NCBI GenBank assembly: GCA_002104905.1
Contig: MCFE01000209.1
Coordinates: forward strand, 62,001-126,000
Direction: 5' to 3'
DNA length: 64,000 nt
Origin: Basidiobolus meristosporus CBS 931.73
Taxonomy: Eukaryota; Fungi; Basidiobolomycota
Shown here: positions 1 through 12,658 of the stretch, piece by piece
How positions within the stretch are numbered: position 1 is the first letter of the stretch
Layout: every line of letters starts with the position of its first letter
Notes under the pieces: generated by a model
The model's database searches: none
What the model was told of the DNA's origin: nothing
What the model saw: the letters and a program-made list of their open reading frames with translations, nothing else
Program-made: the position numbers and the translations under genes

Positions 1-489
1 AATAACTTAGTTAGCTTAGTTTACTGTCCTACAGATGAAATGATTGCAGACATATTTACCAAACCATTAGCTAGAGACAAGTTTGAATATCTTAGGTCAA
101 AATTAGGACTAGTCAGTATGAGCATTTAGCTGAGTGGGAGTGTTGTAAAAATTTGTATTTCCACCTAAATATTCACCTAACTTAGTCACTTAGATCATTA
201 CACTCAAATCCTAGAGAATACTGACCAAATTCCTTGTTGGGATTTACTTGGAATATTTTCACCAAAATACCAGGTATCCAGAGCATGAAAATTCTCAAAG
301 TTGTCCAAACAGCCCCAAACTTTGCACACATGTTCTTGGGACCTTCCTTAACCTATTCTACGTGTTTGTAATGCCAAGACCAGGTAAAAGTATAAATACT
401 ACTTTTACATTCAATAAATCATTAAGTAAAAACCACATAATCTACTTGTTCTCCCAATCACTTCCAATATCTCCAAGACTCTTACAACA
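1..489 (+). mobile_element. 3' end of Ty1/copia element: RNase H C-terminus, PPT and 3' LTR (141-489)
   Basis: Frame ...[26 protein letters not shown] stops at TAG 127-129. PPT GAGTGGGAG 132-140. LTR TGTTG...CAACA matches the LTRs at 16267, 20524, 50135 and 54467. Confidence 0.93.
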
Positions 490-960
490 CTAACCCCTAC
501 AAATGTGCACACCTGCTGCAATAGACATACTTCTATAACCCCTACTTTATGGCTTTTTAGTGTGATACTTGCAAAGTTGCCATATACCTTGTACTGCAGG
601 TAACGTTCTCATCTTGCAAACATATGCTTGGTTGTTGCCACTTCTGCCATGAATACCTCCTCAAAATCTGCAAAGAACTTCTTGGTATTTAGCCAATATA
701 TTCCTTCTCCCTGCCGGCTTCTAGTCCCCCTTACAGGTGTGCTCTGGCTCTTGTTTGTGTGAATTCTGTATTGAATGGTGTAGAAGTTGGCTTGCAACCA
801 TGAGAAATCTGGTATACCTTGGTAGAGTTTTCCTAATACAAATTAGTTGCTTGTTGCACCCAACCCAACTTTGCATTACTTAACAGATTACCCACACATT
901 GGGGCTGCTTAGCTTCTTAATGCCATAGGCAAAGGTATCTCCATGTGCACATTTGTGACT
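490..960 (+). mobile_element. Degenerate LINE-like fragment (AP-endonuclease region)
   Basis: Homologous to 6450-7010 (same strand) and 47700-48140 (opposite strand). Broken frames such as LTPTNVHTCC and YSF..ASSPPYR resemble APE motifs. Confidence 0.45.
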
Positions 961-3900
961 GGGATGCACTGTAAGAAGCCTACAAGACATGTGTTCTGTA
1001 TGCCAAAGGATACAACCATGAAGCCCTTCTACTGTCCTCACAAAAAAAAGCAGTGAGAGCTACAAAGCCTACACTGAGCTATTTCTGCAACAAGTTTGAT
1101 GTCTCCCAATAGACAAAATTGCCAAACAACAGCTCAAGAGGTATTACTTCATGGGCTTAGATGCTGAAATTAGATGCAGGGCATCCAAAGAGCAACAGGG
1201 ATGTAAAACACTGTAAGAGTTAGCTGAACAAGTAAGAGGGATCATCTTGCTATGAGGGCTACCCTATTGTGATACATATGATTGAGAGTAGGGATCCCCC
1301 ATAGGAAAGGAAAAATTAACCCCCACAAAAGACTGTGAGTCAGAGGAATTACAACAAAAGGTCCAAGAACTCTCAATCAATGATGTCCAAGAAGTCCCCA
1401 AAGAAGGTAATAGGCTCTGGGAAGCTGTTGTAGATCAAAAGGCATAGGTACAAGCTCTGACCCAACAGATGGAACAACCACAACAACAGCATCCATGTTA
1501 TATATGCAGAGAATTAAGCCACAGAGCCCACAAATGTGAAAATGGTACAGACAAGAACCTGTACCTGAAACAACGGAGAAGAAGGCACCAAAAGACAGAG
1601 TCTCTTGCCAGGAGGCCAACAGGACTCAATCAATTTAAGCCCTTTGGTTAGAACAGCTAAAGTGAGGAAGAAGAAGCCTTGATATGATGCTTTTAGAGGG
1701 AAGGCAAAGGAACCTGTAGTAAAGGTTCCATCAAAGAGAAAGAGTGCAGAAGTGAGTGAAGAAGTATAGGATGAGCCTTGAGAGGAATTACAGAAGCACA
1801 CTGGGAAGACTAGTACATCCTCCCATGGCCTATTCCCTATAATGAAGGTACTAGAGCAAACCAAGGAAACCCTCCCAATAAGCAATTTACTGGGACTTGG
1901 CCCAGCTCTAGTCAAAGAACTGTTAGAGGGATTGAAGGAGATAACAACCCTTCATGTTAGCCAGATAGTCCTACAAAAGCCAAATAAGGGTACATGCATA
2001 TATGTACATATAGAGAATAAGGAGATTTTTGCCCTCATCAACACAGGATCCTCTACATCAATCATATCAGTGTCATGATCATATGACATCCCTGGTCTCC
2101 AATTATCTAGCCAAATCAAGTCAGTGAAGAAATCCCAGTTCCTTCTAGAAAGTTCTACCACATTCTAGCAACTTCTTGAAAGCTCCAAGTCAACATTACA
2201 CAATGTAAAATTCTATGGAGGCTTCCCATTAAAATTTATGTAGTCCCATGCCATATATGGTAACTAAATGTCACATGACCTAGTCACATGATCAGCTGAC
2301 CCCTGACATATGCACATCTGATATTCCAGTCTGTTCTTTAGTCTATTCTATCTCAGCACACTTACTATGCCTCACCCTGGAACCCCATTGGTATTAGCCA
2401 ATATCTCTTGGCATCCATATTGCCAAAAAGTATATTTAGTCCTTTCCCCCCTTATCTATTCCTCAGTCTGATAAACACAGGTCTTGAATAAACAGTCTTG
2501 CCTTGGAAATCCACCTTGCCCTGTTGATCCACACCTAAGTCCTTCCCTGGTCCTGCCTTGCCTAGCCCTACTCTCCTGCCTTGTGTCTATTCATAACAGT
2601 CAGAGTCATTAGCAAAACATCTAAAGTTTGACATTGTCACACTATTTGAGTACAGCTAGAAAATGACTAACTAGACACAACAGTTGGCATGGTACCTAAT
2701 TGCCCCATCTGGCTAGGTAACCTGATTACACACCAAGATGTTATGGTCCTCCTTGTTGCAGCCAACAACCTACTAATTGGCAGGAGTTGGTTTATCCAAC
2801 ATAAGATGGACATACTCTACAGTGCATCTGAGCTCAGGTGGGATACTGAGAATATCCCACTGACTCATATCACCAATGAGACCAAGGCATCTTGCAATAG
2901 TGAGACAATAGAAGAGGTAAACCATCACAGTGTCCAATCATCACACAAAAGGTGATAAAAATACCATCTGCCAGTGAGACGGTGATTGCATCAAAGATAC
3001 TAATAGTGTATTGACAAAGGGAAGAATGATAACCACAACAAAGGTATTTCAACATCTGGAAGGAACCTTGATCCTTAGAGTATGGATACTGCCAAAATTT
3101 CAAGCCCAAAATGTGAAATACTTAGTGGCTGACAACAGTCAACATGCAGTGGTACTGCTAAGAGGAGTGCTGTTGTTAAAAATATAGGAAGTTGACAGAA
3201 ACAACCAAGGGCCACCTACAAGCCAGGAACCATGAGAGGAGCTCCCCAATTGGGATGTGGACCCTGCTCTATCACCTACACTACAAGTTCCTAGAAGAAG
3301 TGCACCCTCTTGTTTGATTATTCTTTATGAACCAGGTGATTGGCCATATACCCAGAGTATATCACTAAATCTACCTTGCCAACAAATACCCCATCAAGCA
3401 AAAAGACTATAGGAACTCAAAAATTGACACCAAATATATCAAAGAGACTTTATTAAAGAACACCTAATTGGTTATGTGAGCCATTTACTAAACAAACACA
3501 AATGTAACTACCCCATTACCAAGATAGAATGTCTAGCTGTTGTTTATTCAATTGAGCAATTTCATACATAAATATATAGTAGCTAATTCATGATAGAAGC
3601 AGACCACAGCACATTGGTCTGGCTGATGAAAAGTAAAGACTTTGCCAGCCAACTAGCACAATAAGCCTTTTGACTACAGCAATACAACTTTGAAATAATT
3701 CACCACACTGGCAACAAGCACCAGAATGCAGACTTCCTCAGTTGCCATCCTGTTTGCAAAATACATGTCAGTGATGATTACAAGGACAAAATCTGCTTTG
3801 AAAAGAAGGGGAAATATCCCAAACATGTTGTCACAAACAAAGAGAAGAGAGAATGTCAATGGAAATGGTGTCAGTACAAAGTACAGGAAAAATTGACTAT

Positions 3901-4600
3901 GGTTCCTTGAAGGACAGTTCAGAGCCAAGGTACCCCACTAGCTGCCTGCAAAGAAATCATACAAGAAAGACATATGTCAATAGAACATGCTAACCCCCTA
4001 ACAGCATATAAGATGTTACAAAAGACTTTTATTGGAAAAAAACAATGACCAATGTTTCAAATAGGTTACAAAGACGCACCACTTATAAAAGATTTAACCA
4101 GAGTCAGAAGTTAGGGTCAACTGCACCAATACTGGTGAGCCTACCCTTCCACCCAGTAAGGATGGACTTATCACACCAGACTAACAGATCAAAGAAGACA
4201 ATGAACCAGACATGTTGCCTCATACTAGAGAAGCTTCACTGGGAATTTCCCCAGTCATGGGCTGAGCTGCTCCCACTGACACTCCTAGCAATGCATACCA
4301 TACCAAATAAAACAACAGGTTTCTCCCCATATGAAATTCTATATGGACAAAGACTCAAGTGGCATGAAGAAGATGGATGGATAATAGAAGGTGTCCCCCT
4401 GACAGCACATTACAACTATATAGAAAGGTTGATACACTGTATTGCCAACCTATACATAAAAGTATTCAAAAATGTTAACAAACTTCCTCCCCTGCAACCT
4501 ATAAACAAGAAACTAACAAGACAAAATGGAAATCAGGCAATAAGGTGTGGTATGACCAAACCCCTGCAGGCCTCAAGTTGTCCACTCAAAACCGGCAATA
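960..4600 (+). mobile_element. Highly decayed Ty3/gypsy internal region (family D): gag zinc knuckle, protease, RNase H, integrase
   Basis: CYICRELSHRAHKC knuckle (1469-1651 ORF). ALINTGSSTSII protease motif (~2030). RNase H-like IECLAVVYSIEQF / DHSTLVWL / NADFLS (~3520-3740). Integrase-like W..LLPLTLLAMHTIPNKTTGFSPYEILYG (4045-4641 ORF). Boundaries approximate. Confidence 0.75.
2071..2598 (+). mobile_element. Solo LTR, family C, inserted in the family D protease
   Basis: TGTCA...TAACA ends. 5-bp TSD ATCAG/GTCAG. Removing it restores IISESLAKHLKF. Homologous to 9201-9729. Confidence 0.85.
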
Positions 4601-4796
4601 CTCCCCCCACTGGCAAGTATCAACACAATACCAAAAACTAGACCAACCTGCAGATGTTGAGAGATATGATACAAACATTACATGCAATGAAAGCCACCAA
4701 TGAAGAGATGTGTGCCAGAGCAGTCACCTTAATGCAAGACACAATCCAAGAGGGACAAGTCAAGTTACCAACACCAATACAAAGTATGGAGATACT

Positions 4797-6150
4797 AGAC
4801 TTGTTCCATTGGATAGTGCCAAATAGTGCCAGCCTGTTTATAGTGTCAGATCAATCTGGCATTTTATGGCACTATCTGGCACTATAATTTCTACCACAAT
4901 ACCAGTGGTGGGATATAGTAACTGGTAATTTTATTTAATCTTAGTTATGTTGCACAGAATAGTGATTTCCTTTCATTATTTACTCCTTGTAATGCTTCAG
5001 ACACATTTCTCTCAGTGAATGTCTTTGTGTATGAATATACTGTGCATTGATAAGTATCTTAACTATATTACCTATTCTGCTGTTTTCTCCTATACATGAC
5101 TTTCCTCTGTATTTACCAGCCAATATGCTGAATCTCTTCAGATATCCAAATGTATGTTCTACCCTCACTCTGAAATGATTAAGTATCTCATTGTAGAGCT
5201 TCTGCTTCCTGCTAAGCACACCATTCCTGGGCTTTCTATATGCTGCAATACATCTTAATTGCTGACAATCCTCTCCTATATAAGCTTAGTCTGCCAAACA
5301 TTTCTCCCCTCTACTGAATTCTGGATGATTATCCACCCCAAGTGCTTTGTCATGACTACTTTCAGTAAATGGCCCACTAAACTAGATGATGTTACACTCA
5401 ATGTCAGACAGTGCTTGAAACTTCACACAGTGTGCCTTGTACTTGCCAGAATAAAAGTGCCTCTGCCCTCTAGAAGGCAATATAGAGTGGTGCATGAGAA
5501 AAGGCTTCAGCCCTTACTAAATAATGTCATAAGCCTGGAGCTGGCTGACCTCCAGGATAGCCAACAAAAATTACTAGTAAGACAGCAGCTTTTTTCTTAA
5601 CAGCTGGAAGTGAAGCCAGTTGATCTAAACTTCAGGGAGGTAGATGAGTTAGAGGAGAAAGGCAACTTGTTTACCACCACATACATGTCCTCCATTCTGA
5701 AAAGAGTGGGGATACTACCAAAATACAAGGTAACAACATCAGGAACTCAAAAGGTTATCACAATGCCATAAGTGGAATTATGGAGGATTAATAACACACC
5801 AAGAGGTTGCAGCACTTCTTTAAGAGCAGTGCTCAAGAAAGAGCACTTGAATATTACAAGGATTAGTTGTGCAGACTGGCAGATGAGGTGATTGACCTTA
5901 CAGTGCTGGCTGAAGACCAGGACATAGGGGAACCAGTGATTGAACAGTGGCATGAAGCTGTAGGGCTCTTGCCAATATCATGGAAGCACAGCATTACAGC
6001 AGAACTACTTATTGGATGGTGGATTTTAAAGGAGTCACTTGTTGCACATGGGGTTGGCCCAATGTTAGTGCAGGGTATAGGGACTTATATAGGTTGATAT
6101 AGTTGGCAATTGAGGTATAACTGAAGTTTCAATGGGAATAAATCAATTTG
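4797..6150 (-). mobile_element. IS5/ISL2EU/PIF-Harbinger-like DNA transposon remnant with DDE_Tnp_4-type transposase pseudogene
   Basis: Left TIR AGACTTGTTCCATT at 4797 after ACT. Minus strand reads YSGKYKAHCVKFQAL, CLAD*AYIG and QKLYNEILNHFRVRVEHTFGYLKRFSIL (4980-5219 ORF). No right TIR found, so the end coordinate is approximate. Confidence 0.8.
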
Positions 6151-6449
6151 TACGCATGGAAAGTAAGCAAAACAGTCAAGTCAGGAAGTAAGGAGTGTGA
6201 AAGAGAGGCATTTGCCAGTCAATGCACACAAAAAAAGGAAGTGATATAGTGTCCAGGATCAGAAAGTGAGAAGACTGGCAGAGAACCAATCCAATGCCAC
6301 TTTTGTAGTGTTATAATGAAGAATTTTGACTAAGTTTTTGTGATATATAGGGTGCAATTATTTTCCTGATGGGATCAAAACCTCTTAGTCACAGGACTTT
6401 AAACTTGCAGCAGCCTATTGGTGGATCATCATAATAATTTTTCATTGGG

Positions 6450-8170
6450 TTTGTATTGCTGATAACATAGACATCTTGTTAATATATGCTTAGTTACTCC
6501 CACTTTTGCTATGAGTACATCTTGAATATCCACATAATATTTTTGGTACTGAGCCAACATATTCTTTCTCCATGCTGGATTCTGGACCCCCTTGTAGGTA
6601 CACCCTGGTTCCTGTTTGTATGAATTAGACTTGTTCCATTGTGCCATTGATCATAGCGCTAGAGAGTGCTGTATATTTTGATATTAATTTGATAATTTAG
6701 GGTCATATGCATGTCAATTTTGATCCCAAATTGGCACTGTATGGCACCATCTGGCACCATCTGGCATGCTATGGCGCTATTGGGCACTATGATCAGCTGG
6801 AATAATGGAACAAGTCTATTGCATATTAAATGGTATAGAAATTGGCTTGTACCCAATGGAAACCCAGCATACTTTGATAAAGTTGTCCTAATGAGAGTTT
6901 GCAGCTACTGTATCCAACCAAACTTTGCATTGCTTAGCCAATTACCCATGCATTAGGGCTGCTTTACTTCTTTATGCTAGCGGCACAAGTGTCCCCACGT
7001 GAAAATCTGTGCTCAGTATTTTCCAGCCCTTCCTGGCTATCCTCCATGTGCTAACTCATCACAACCACAATGGACTTGAAGAGCATATTATTGACAAGAT
7101 TGGGATATGATAGTACTTGCAACTTGATATGTCATCCTATCTCCCCACACATCTACTCCAAGGGAAGCTCCAAAAGCTGAAGCCAAATCCAAAATTCTCC
7201 ACAGACCAGGCAAGATGGAGTAGAGAGAGTATGCAGTAGCAGCAGAGATCTATACATTCAGCATCATTTTTGTTGCATAACCACTTGAATCCCATCACAA
7301 ACTCCTTGCATAAAAGTTGTAGATGCATTATGTTAGTATTGGTGATCCACTTCTAATTGATATTTGTACAATATCAATATATCACTCTTGATGCTTTTAA
7401 TGAATGCTTGGTAGAAGTTGCTTCAGAAGGCCACTTGGATAAAACCATATTCTGTTCAGCTAGTCCTTGCATTTGTATTGTTACATATGTATATGAATAT
7501 TGATTGGGGCCTGCAAGAACTAATTAGGGTAGTGGATACTCTGTGATATTGTACCAATTCTTTCAAATTTCTTCAGTATAGCAAAGGGCTGATTCAGCCT
7601 GAAAAGCTCCATGTACAACCTGCTCACAAGTTTAGGGATATTCTTGTGGGAGGATGATGCTCTTAGTGTTGATGCTTGAACAATACTAATGTGTGTGACT
7701 CAAAGGGTAAATCCCCTGGATCTCACACATTCAAGAGTATTGCCATCCATTGTGCTTAGAAAAGCCAGCTATCTTGCTGATAGCTAGGGTATCTCCAATA
7801 CCAATAATAATATATGTTTGGACATGACAGTCATTTACTAGTACTCTGCTGAGTAGCTTACAAAACTCTATCAGCAATTGATAAAGGTAGCTATTCCCAT
7901 AGGATAGTATTCATGACCAGATATCTGTGGGACTACCATCAGATCTCTGCTCTGGTAACATAAGATTGGTAGCAAATTCATGTAGATGAGAATTAGCAGC
8001 CAGCAGGATTTGCTGGCCAAGTACTTATTAAGAGAGAATGCACAAAGGGTCAAGGTATTGGCATGGCCATACATACCTTCAAAGTAACTTTACTTCTTAG
8101 TAACTTGCAATATCTGCTATCAAATATATCAGCAATGCTTGTGCATGATTGATACTGAATGCAGTACTTT
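6450..8170 (+). mobile_element. Degenerate LINE-like (APE + RT) fragment
   Basis: RT-entry motifs GKSPG (7706-7720), DYHQISAL (7931, cf. NYRPISLL) and HKIGSKF..R (cf. YKI.SK..R). 6450-7420 is homologous to 47295-48070 (opposite strand). Interrupted by the MITE at 6627-6817. Confidence 0.55.
6627..6817. mobile_element. 191-bp MITE of the AGACTTGTTCCATT TIR family
   Basis: Perfect 14-bp TIRs AGACTTGTTCCATT/AATGGAACAAGTCT. 3-bp TSD ATT (6624-6626, 6818-6820). Repeated TGGCAC motifs inside. Confidence 0.9.
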
Positions 8171-11151
8171 TGTTATAAGTCTTGATACACGACTTGTAGA
8201 GGTATACAAAGTTTAGCTAGTAGTATTTTGACTAAAACTTGAACTGATCTTAATTGAGGTTCTGGTGGCTCCTTATATACATTTTGCTAGATCAATTGCA
8301 GACTAGTTGTATTTCCTAATGTAGCTTGTGGCTCAAGACTCATCTAGTTGCATCATCATTGGCCAATTAGATACTACTGAACAAATTTATTTCTGTCTGA
8401 TAAGATTTTGCTGATACATCAGCTGACCAATACTACTTATTTGATAGATAATGTTGTTATACAAATAGGCTAAAACTAATACTAATTGATTTGAATAAAA
8501 GCCAATCTAACTTAAACATCAAAGCAACAGATTGTGACTTCACCCCTACAAAAACTGAGAGGGTTCTCCTGAATATTGTTTTGTGTGATACCAGTATCTT
8601 GATAGTTCAGCATTGTTATCAAGTCTTGCAAGCTTGTGTGTGCCTCTATGAACTAAATCTTCCTGGATATTACCTGTTTGACCACTAATTAGCCAGTTGC
8701 AAATGGACATTCTCTGATGATCTTGAGTGGTCCTGTCCAGTGTGGCTCAAACCTCTTCCAGTAATGGTTCTCAGCAATACAAAGTTCCCAATTGTCAAAG
8801 CCTCTGGTAATATATGTTTATCAAATCTCTGGTTCTTCATTTCTACATTTTAGAGATTTTGGCCAGTGCCTCCTGATGTTTTTGTTCCAATTGTTGGCAT
8901 CCACTGGACTGACTAAGTTCATGCTTCAGGTTGTCAGTAATTTTTGGCTATGTGAGATCTCCTGGAATTCTTGGTTCACATCCTTACACTAAGTAAAATG
9001 ACAATTGTTGGGTAGTGTTATGTGCCCCAACTCTACAGGCAAAGAGTGCTTGGCCAATATAATTGTCACATCCATTTGCAGCTCTATTTACATACATGAT
9101 AAGCTTTTTTCTAAATAATCCACCAAACTGCTCAGCAACTGTGTTGGTTCTGATGTGATATGCTAAAGTTTTCAACTGTTTAATCTGCTGCATTGACAGG
9201 TGTCATGATCACATGACAATCATAAACACCCATGCCAAGTTTCAGCTTCCTAGCTCAATTTCCAAGAGACTCCTTCCGGAACCTTCTACCACCTTACAGA
9301 AAGTTCCTGACCATTCCAAACCATTGTTACACAATGGAACATTCCATGGAAGCTTCCCACTGTATTTTTCATAGTCCAGTACCATATATGGAAATACCAG
9401 GTCACATGACTTAGTCATATGATCAGGTCACCCAATTCATTTCTCCATCCTGTCTCAGTGCCTTGCCTTCTATATTATTATCCCCAGCATTGCTGCTGTG
9501 CCTCACCCCACAACCTCATTAGTATTAGCTAAAATTTCTTGGCATCAGTATAGCCAAAAAGTATATATAGTCCTATCCCCCCTTAAGTATTCCTCAGTCT
9601 GATAAACACAGGTCTTGAATAAACAGCCTTGCCTTGGAAGTCCGCCTTGCCTTGCTGATCCACACCTAAGTCCTTTCCTGGTCCTGCTTTGCCTAGCTCT
9701 ACTCTCCTGCCTTGTGTCTATTCATAACAACAGTTGGGCATCCAATGTTTTTGGCACAGAGGTTACTCCTCTATCAGATAATATCTCTACTGGGCATCCA
9801 AACTTTGTCAGGATCTCATGGTAATAAAAGCTTGCAACTTCTTGTTTACTGGCTATAGTTACAATGCCAGCCACTAGCCATCTGATAGCATGGTTAATTG
9901 CTACTAGAATCCAGCAATTGCATTTCCTAGTAGTGGGAAGTCTTCCAATAGAGTCAATTCCCCATCTCTCAACTTGTCTGATAGAGTCCAAGGGAAAGAG
10001 CTCAGCAATTCTCTGTGGTTGATCTTAGCTAATTAGGCAACTTAGGCATGTTTTCACTAGCTTTTCTATATTGTTTTCCATTCTGAGCCTCCATGCATTT
10101 GCTGTTACAAGGCTACAGGTTTGCTCAATTTCAAGATGTCCATATCCATAGTGTAGCTTGTGTGTTAAATCTATGCAAGCACCTTAGGGGCAATAGGAAA
10201 TTGGGCTTCCATCAACCACTTGGTAAGGTGTTTCATCCTGAACTACAAATTTACTGGCTTCATACCAGATATTCTTCTTGATATCTGCATCCACCTCATT
10301 AGGAATGGCTTGGGCCTCCAAGTACTCTGGTGATAGGTTAGGCCAATCTAATTCATGCACTAGGTTGAGTTGTGTAACTTGTACTAGTCTTGATAAGGTG
10401 TCAATAAGCATGTTATTTTTCCCAGGGCAGTAGACAATCTCCAGGTCAAATTGCTAAATGTATCACTCCATCTTGTCATTCCTTTGGATACTACCTTATG
10501 AATAAATATACACTCAAGTGAGACATGATCTGTTTTCACAGTGAGCTTGAATCCTTAAATGTATCATCTCCATGTCTTTAAACAGAGTGTTATAGCAAGC
10601 ATATCTTTCTCATGCACTGGATAGTTTTGCTCTGCTGAGAATAGTTCCTAGATCCAAAACAACACATATTCCTTTCTGTCATGCTCTTGGCTCAGTACAC
10701 CACCAATTGCATAATCTGAAGCATCTTTGCAGAGAGTAAACTTTATTTTGAAGTAAAGTATTCTAAAGGTTGGCAGCTTGGCAAGTTCATTGTACAGCAT
10801 CTGAAATACGGTCTCACAGGCTGTGTCCCACTTCTGGGTTGTGTTCTGAAGGATATCAGTCAAAGGGGATACAATGCTTGAAAATGACTTGAGCAATCTT
10901 CAATAATAGGGAGCTATTCCAAGAAACAATCTAAGCACTGAAATGCTATGAGGCTACTTCATATTCTTGGTAAGTTCCACTCTCTTGGGGTCTAAGATCA
11001 CGTGCTTGTCACTATGTGTCCCAGATATTCAACATGCTCCTTGAGGAATTCACATCCTGCTAGCTTGCCATATAGGTTGCTCTCACTTGGCTTCTTCAAG
11101 ATCTTTTCTGTGTACACCAAGTAGTCCTATTTTGTCTTGCTATATACCAGT
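8171..11151 (-). mobile_element. Ty3/gypsy family B element B1, 3' part (3' LTR ~8171-8539, integrase, RNase H, RT)
   Basis: Reverse complement of the family B LTR, with a PPT next to it. Minus-strand ORFs WGIDSIGRLPTTRKCN and [15 protein letters not shown]. Interrupted at 11152 by a TIR element. Confidence 0.88.
9201..9729 (+). mobile_element. Solo LTR, family C, inserted in B1 integrase
   Basis: TGTCA...TAACA ends. TSD ACAGG/ACAGT. Homologous to 2071-2598. Confidence 0.85.
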
Positions 11152-11439
11152 AGACTTGTTCTTTTGGATAGTGCCACATAGTGCCAGCCTGTTTATACTG
11201 CCAATTGATCTGGCACTCTATGGCACTATCTGGAACTATAATTTGTACCATAATGCCAGTGGTAGGATAAAGTTACTGGTAAATTTAACTGAGTAACATT
11301 CTCTCCTGAGAATTTTACTGAGATAGCACCTTTGAAAGTGGCTATTAACTCTGAGAGTGGTGTATTGGTCAATCTTGTAACATTTCTTGATGTTTGCACA
11401 GTGAAAGGTTCAAACTACCCAGGTCCTCCACCAAATTCT
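11152..11439. mobile_element. Left end of a second Harbinger-like TIR element (H2)
   Basis: AGACTTGTTCTTTTGGATAGTGCC after AGT. The first ~140 bp align to 4797-4940. Confidence 0.75.
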
Positions 11440-12658
11440 TGTTGTATTGTATTATGATTGGTTTGGGGCTTGTTCTACAATATAGAGGCTAATCAGCAAT
11501 ATACAACAACTTCCAGTATGCTAATACTGAAATAGTTTATTGGGAGCTTGATATACCAATGGAAGATATAACTTTCACTAATATCCTCAATCTTGGGCTC
11601 AGAATATACTATAGGCAGTGTTTCTCACATCTACAGCAGTGTTCTGACCTTCTGTCGACTAATGGGCTTATATACTTTTATAGGAACTTTTCCTTATTTG
11701 GAAGTCACCTTCCTTTCTGAGAAAATATTTCTTAAAATGGAAATTCTAAACTCCCTGTTAACCTAAAGGGGTGTGTTGTATAAGTCTCTAAAGGGGTCTT
11801 TAGACCTAAAGGGGTGTCTAAAGGGGTGTCATTAGAGTAAAGGGGCTTCTTGTAGTGGTCTCTGAAGTGGACTTAACAGATGCCTAAAGGGGCTTTTTTA
11901 GTGTAAAGGGGTTTCTCAAAGGGGTCTCTAAAGGGGTATCTAAAGGGGTGTCTTCAGAGTAAAGGGGTTTCTTAGAGGGGACTTTTCCAATAGAAAAGTG
12001 GTAGTTTCTTGTAGAACTTAGATTGGATTCTTATGAGCTTTGCAGTCTCTTTACTGATGTAATACTGATCAAAGTCAGAATACTCGACTGTGCAAGTGAT
12101 GCAGGGGAAGTCTTTTGACCTTTAAACTAGTAACTGTAGTGTGGAGATTCCGGAAAGAGAGGCTCTCCTTTATTTTTCAGCCGGGGAAGTCACAAATATG
12201 AAATTCCTGAAGGATCAAAGTTTTTGAGCAATTGCACAAGCAATACACGTGTTACAAGTCTAACCTTTTGCAGTGGCGCAGATCAGACATAGGCGCAGCA
12301 CCTGTAAGAATCTCACGTGATTTAATTGGCTGGTTCAAAAGTTACATTCAATCAAAGTCATCATAGTAATCCTAGCAATAGTGGCCTAGTATATATAATA
12401 ATTGGACTCTTTTAGTCATAACTCCTTAAGTACTGCTTCAAATGAGCTGTAATTTGAAACATGTTTTGTCTACTGAGAATTCTGTATGATATAATATTTG
12501 TGGGTGGATTGCTTCTCAGGGTCTGGAATATTTGTCCTTCAAAGTTGGAATTTCTTGATCTTTCACTTGTGTGTTACAATAGCAAAAAGCAAAATAAAGA
12601 AATGAGTCTAATATTGGTTTTGAGATATTGTAGTAATGGAATACTTTCCATTATTACA
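11440..12658 (-). repeat. 3' LTR of gypsy family A (~1.22 kb)
   Basis: TG...CA ends. PPT AGGGGAGACT (reverse complement of 12659-12668) abuts it. Homologous copies at 28073-29066, 35002-36243 and 39748-40938. Confidence 0.9.
11762..11985. repeat. Degenerate tandem array of TAAAGGGG units inside LTR A
   Basis: About 11 AAAGGGG units counted by eye. Equivalent arrays at ~28230-28410, ~35323-35570 and ~40425-40625 (as CCCCTTTA). Confidence 0.9.

Noticed and set aside
11762-11985. Interstitial telomere or CRISPR array
   Set aside because: The units are irregular, are not TTAGGG, and sit at a fixed position inside an LTR. There are no unique spacers or cas genes, and the DNA is eukaryotic.
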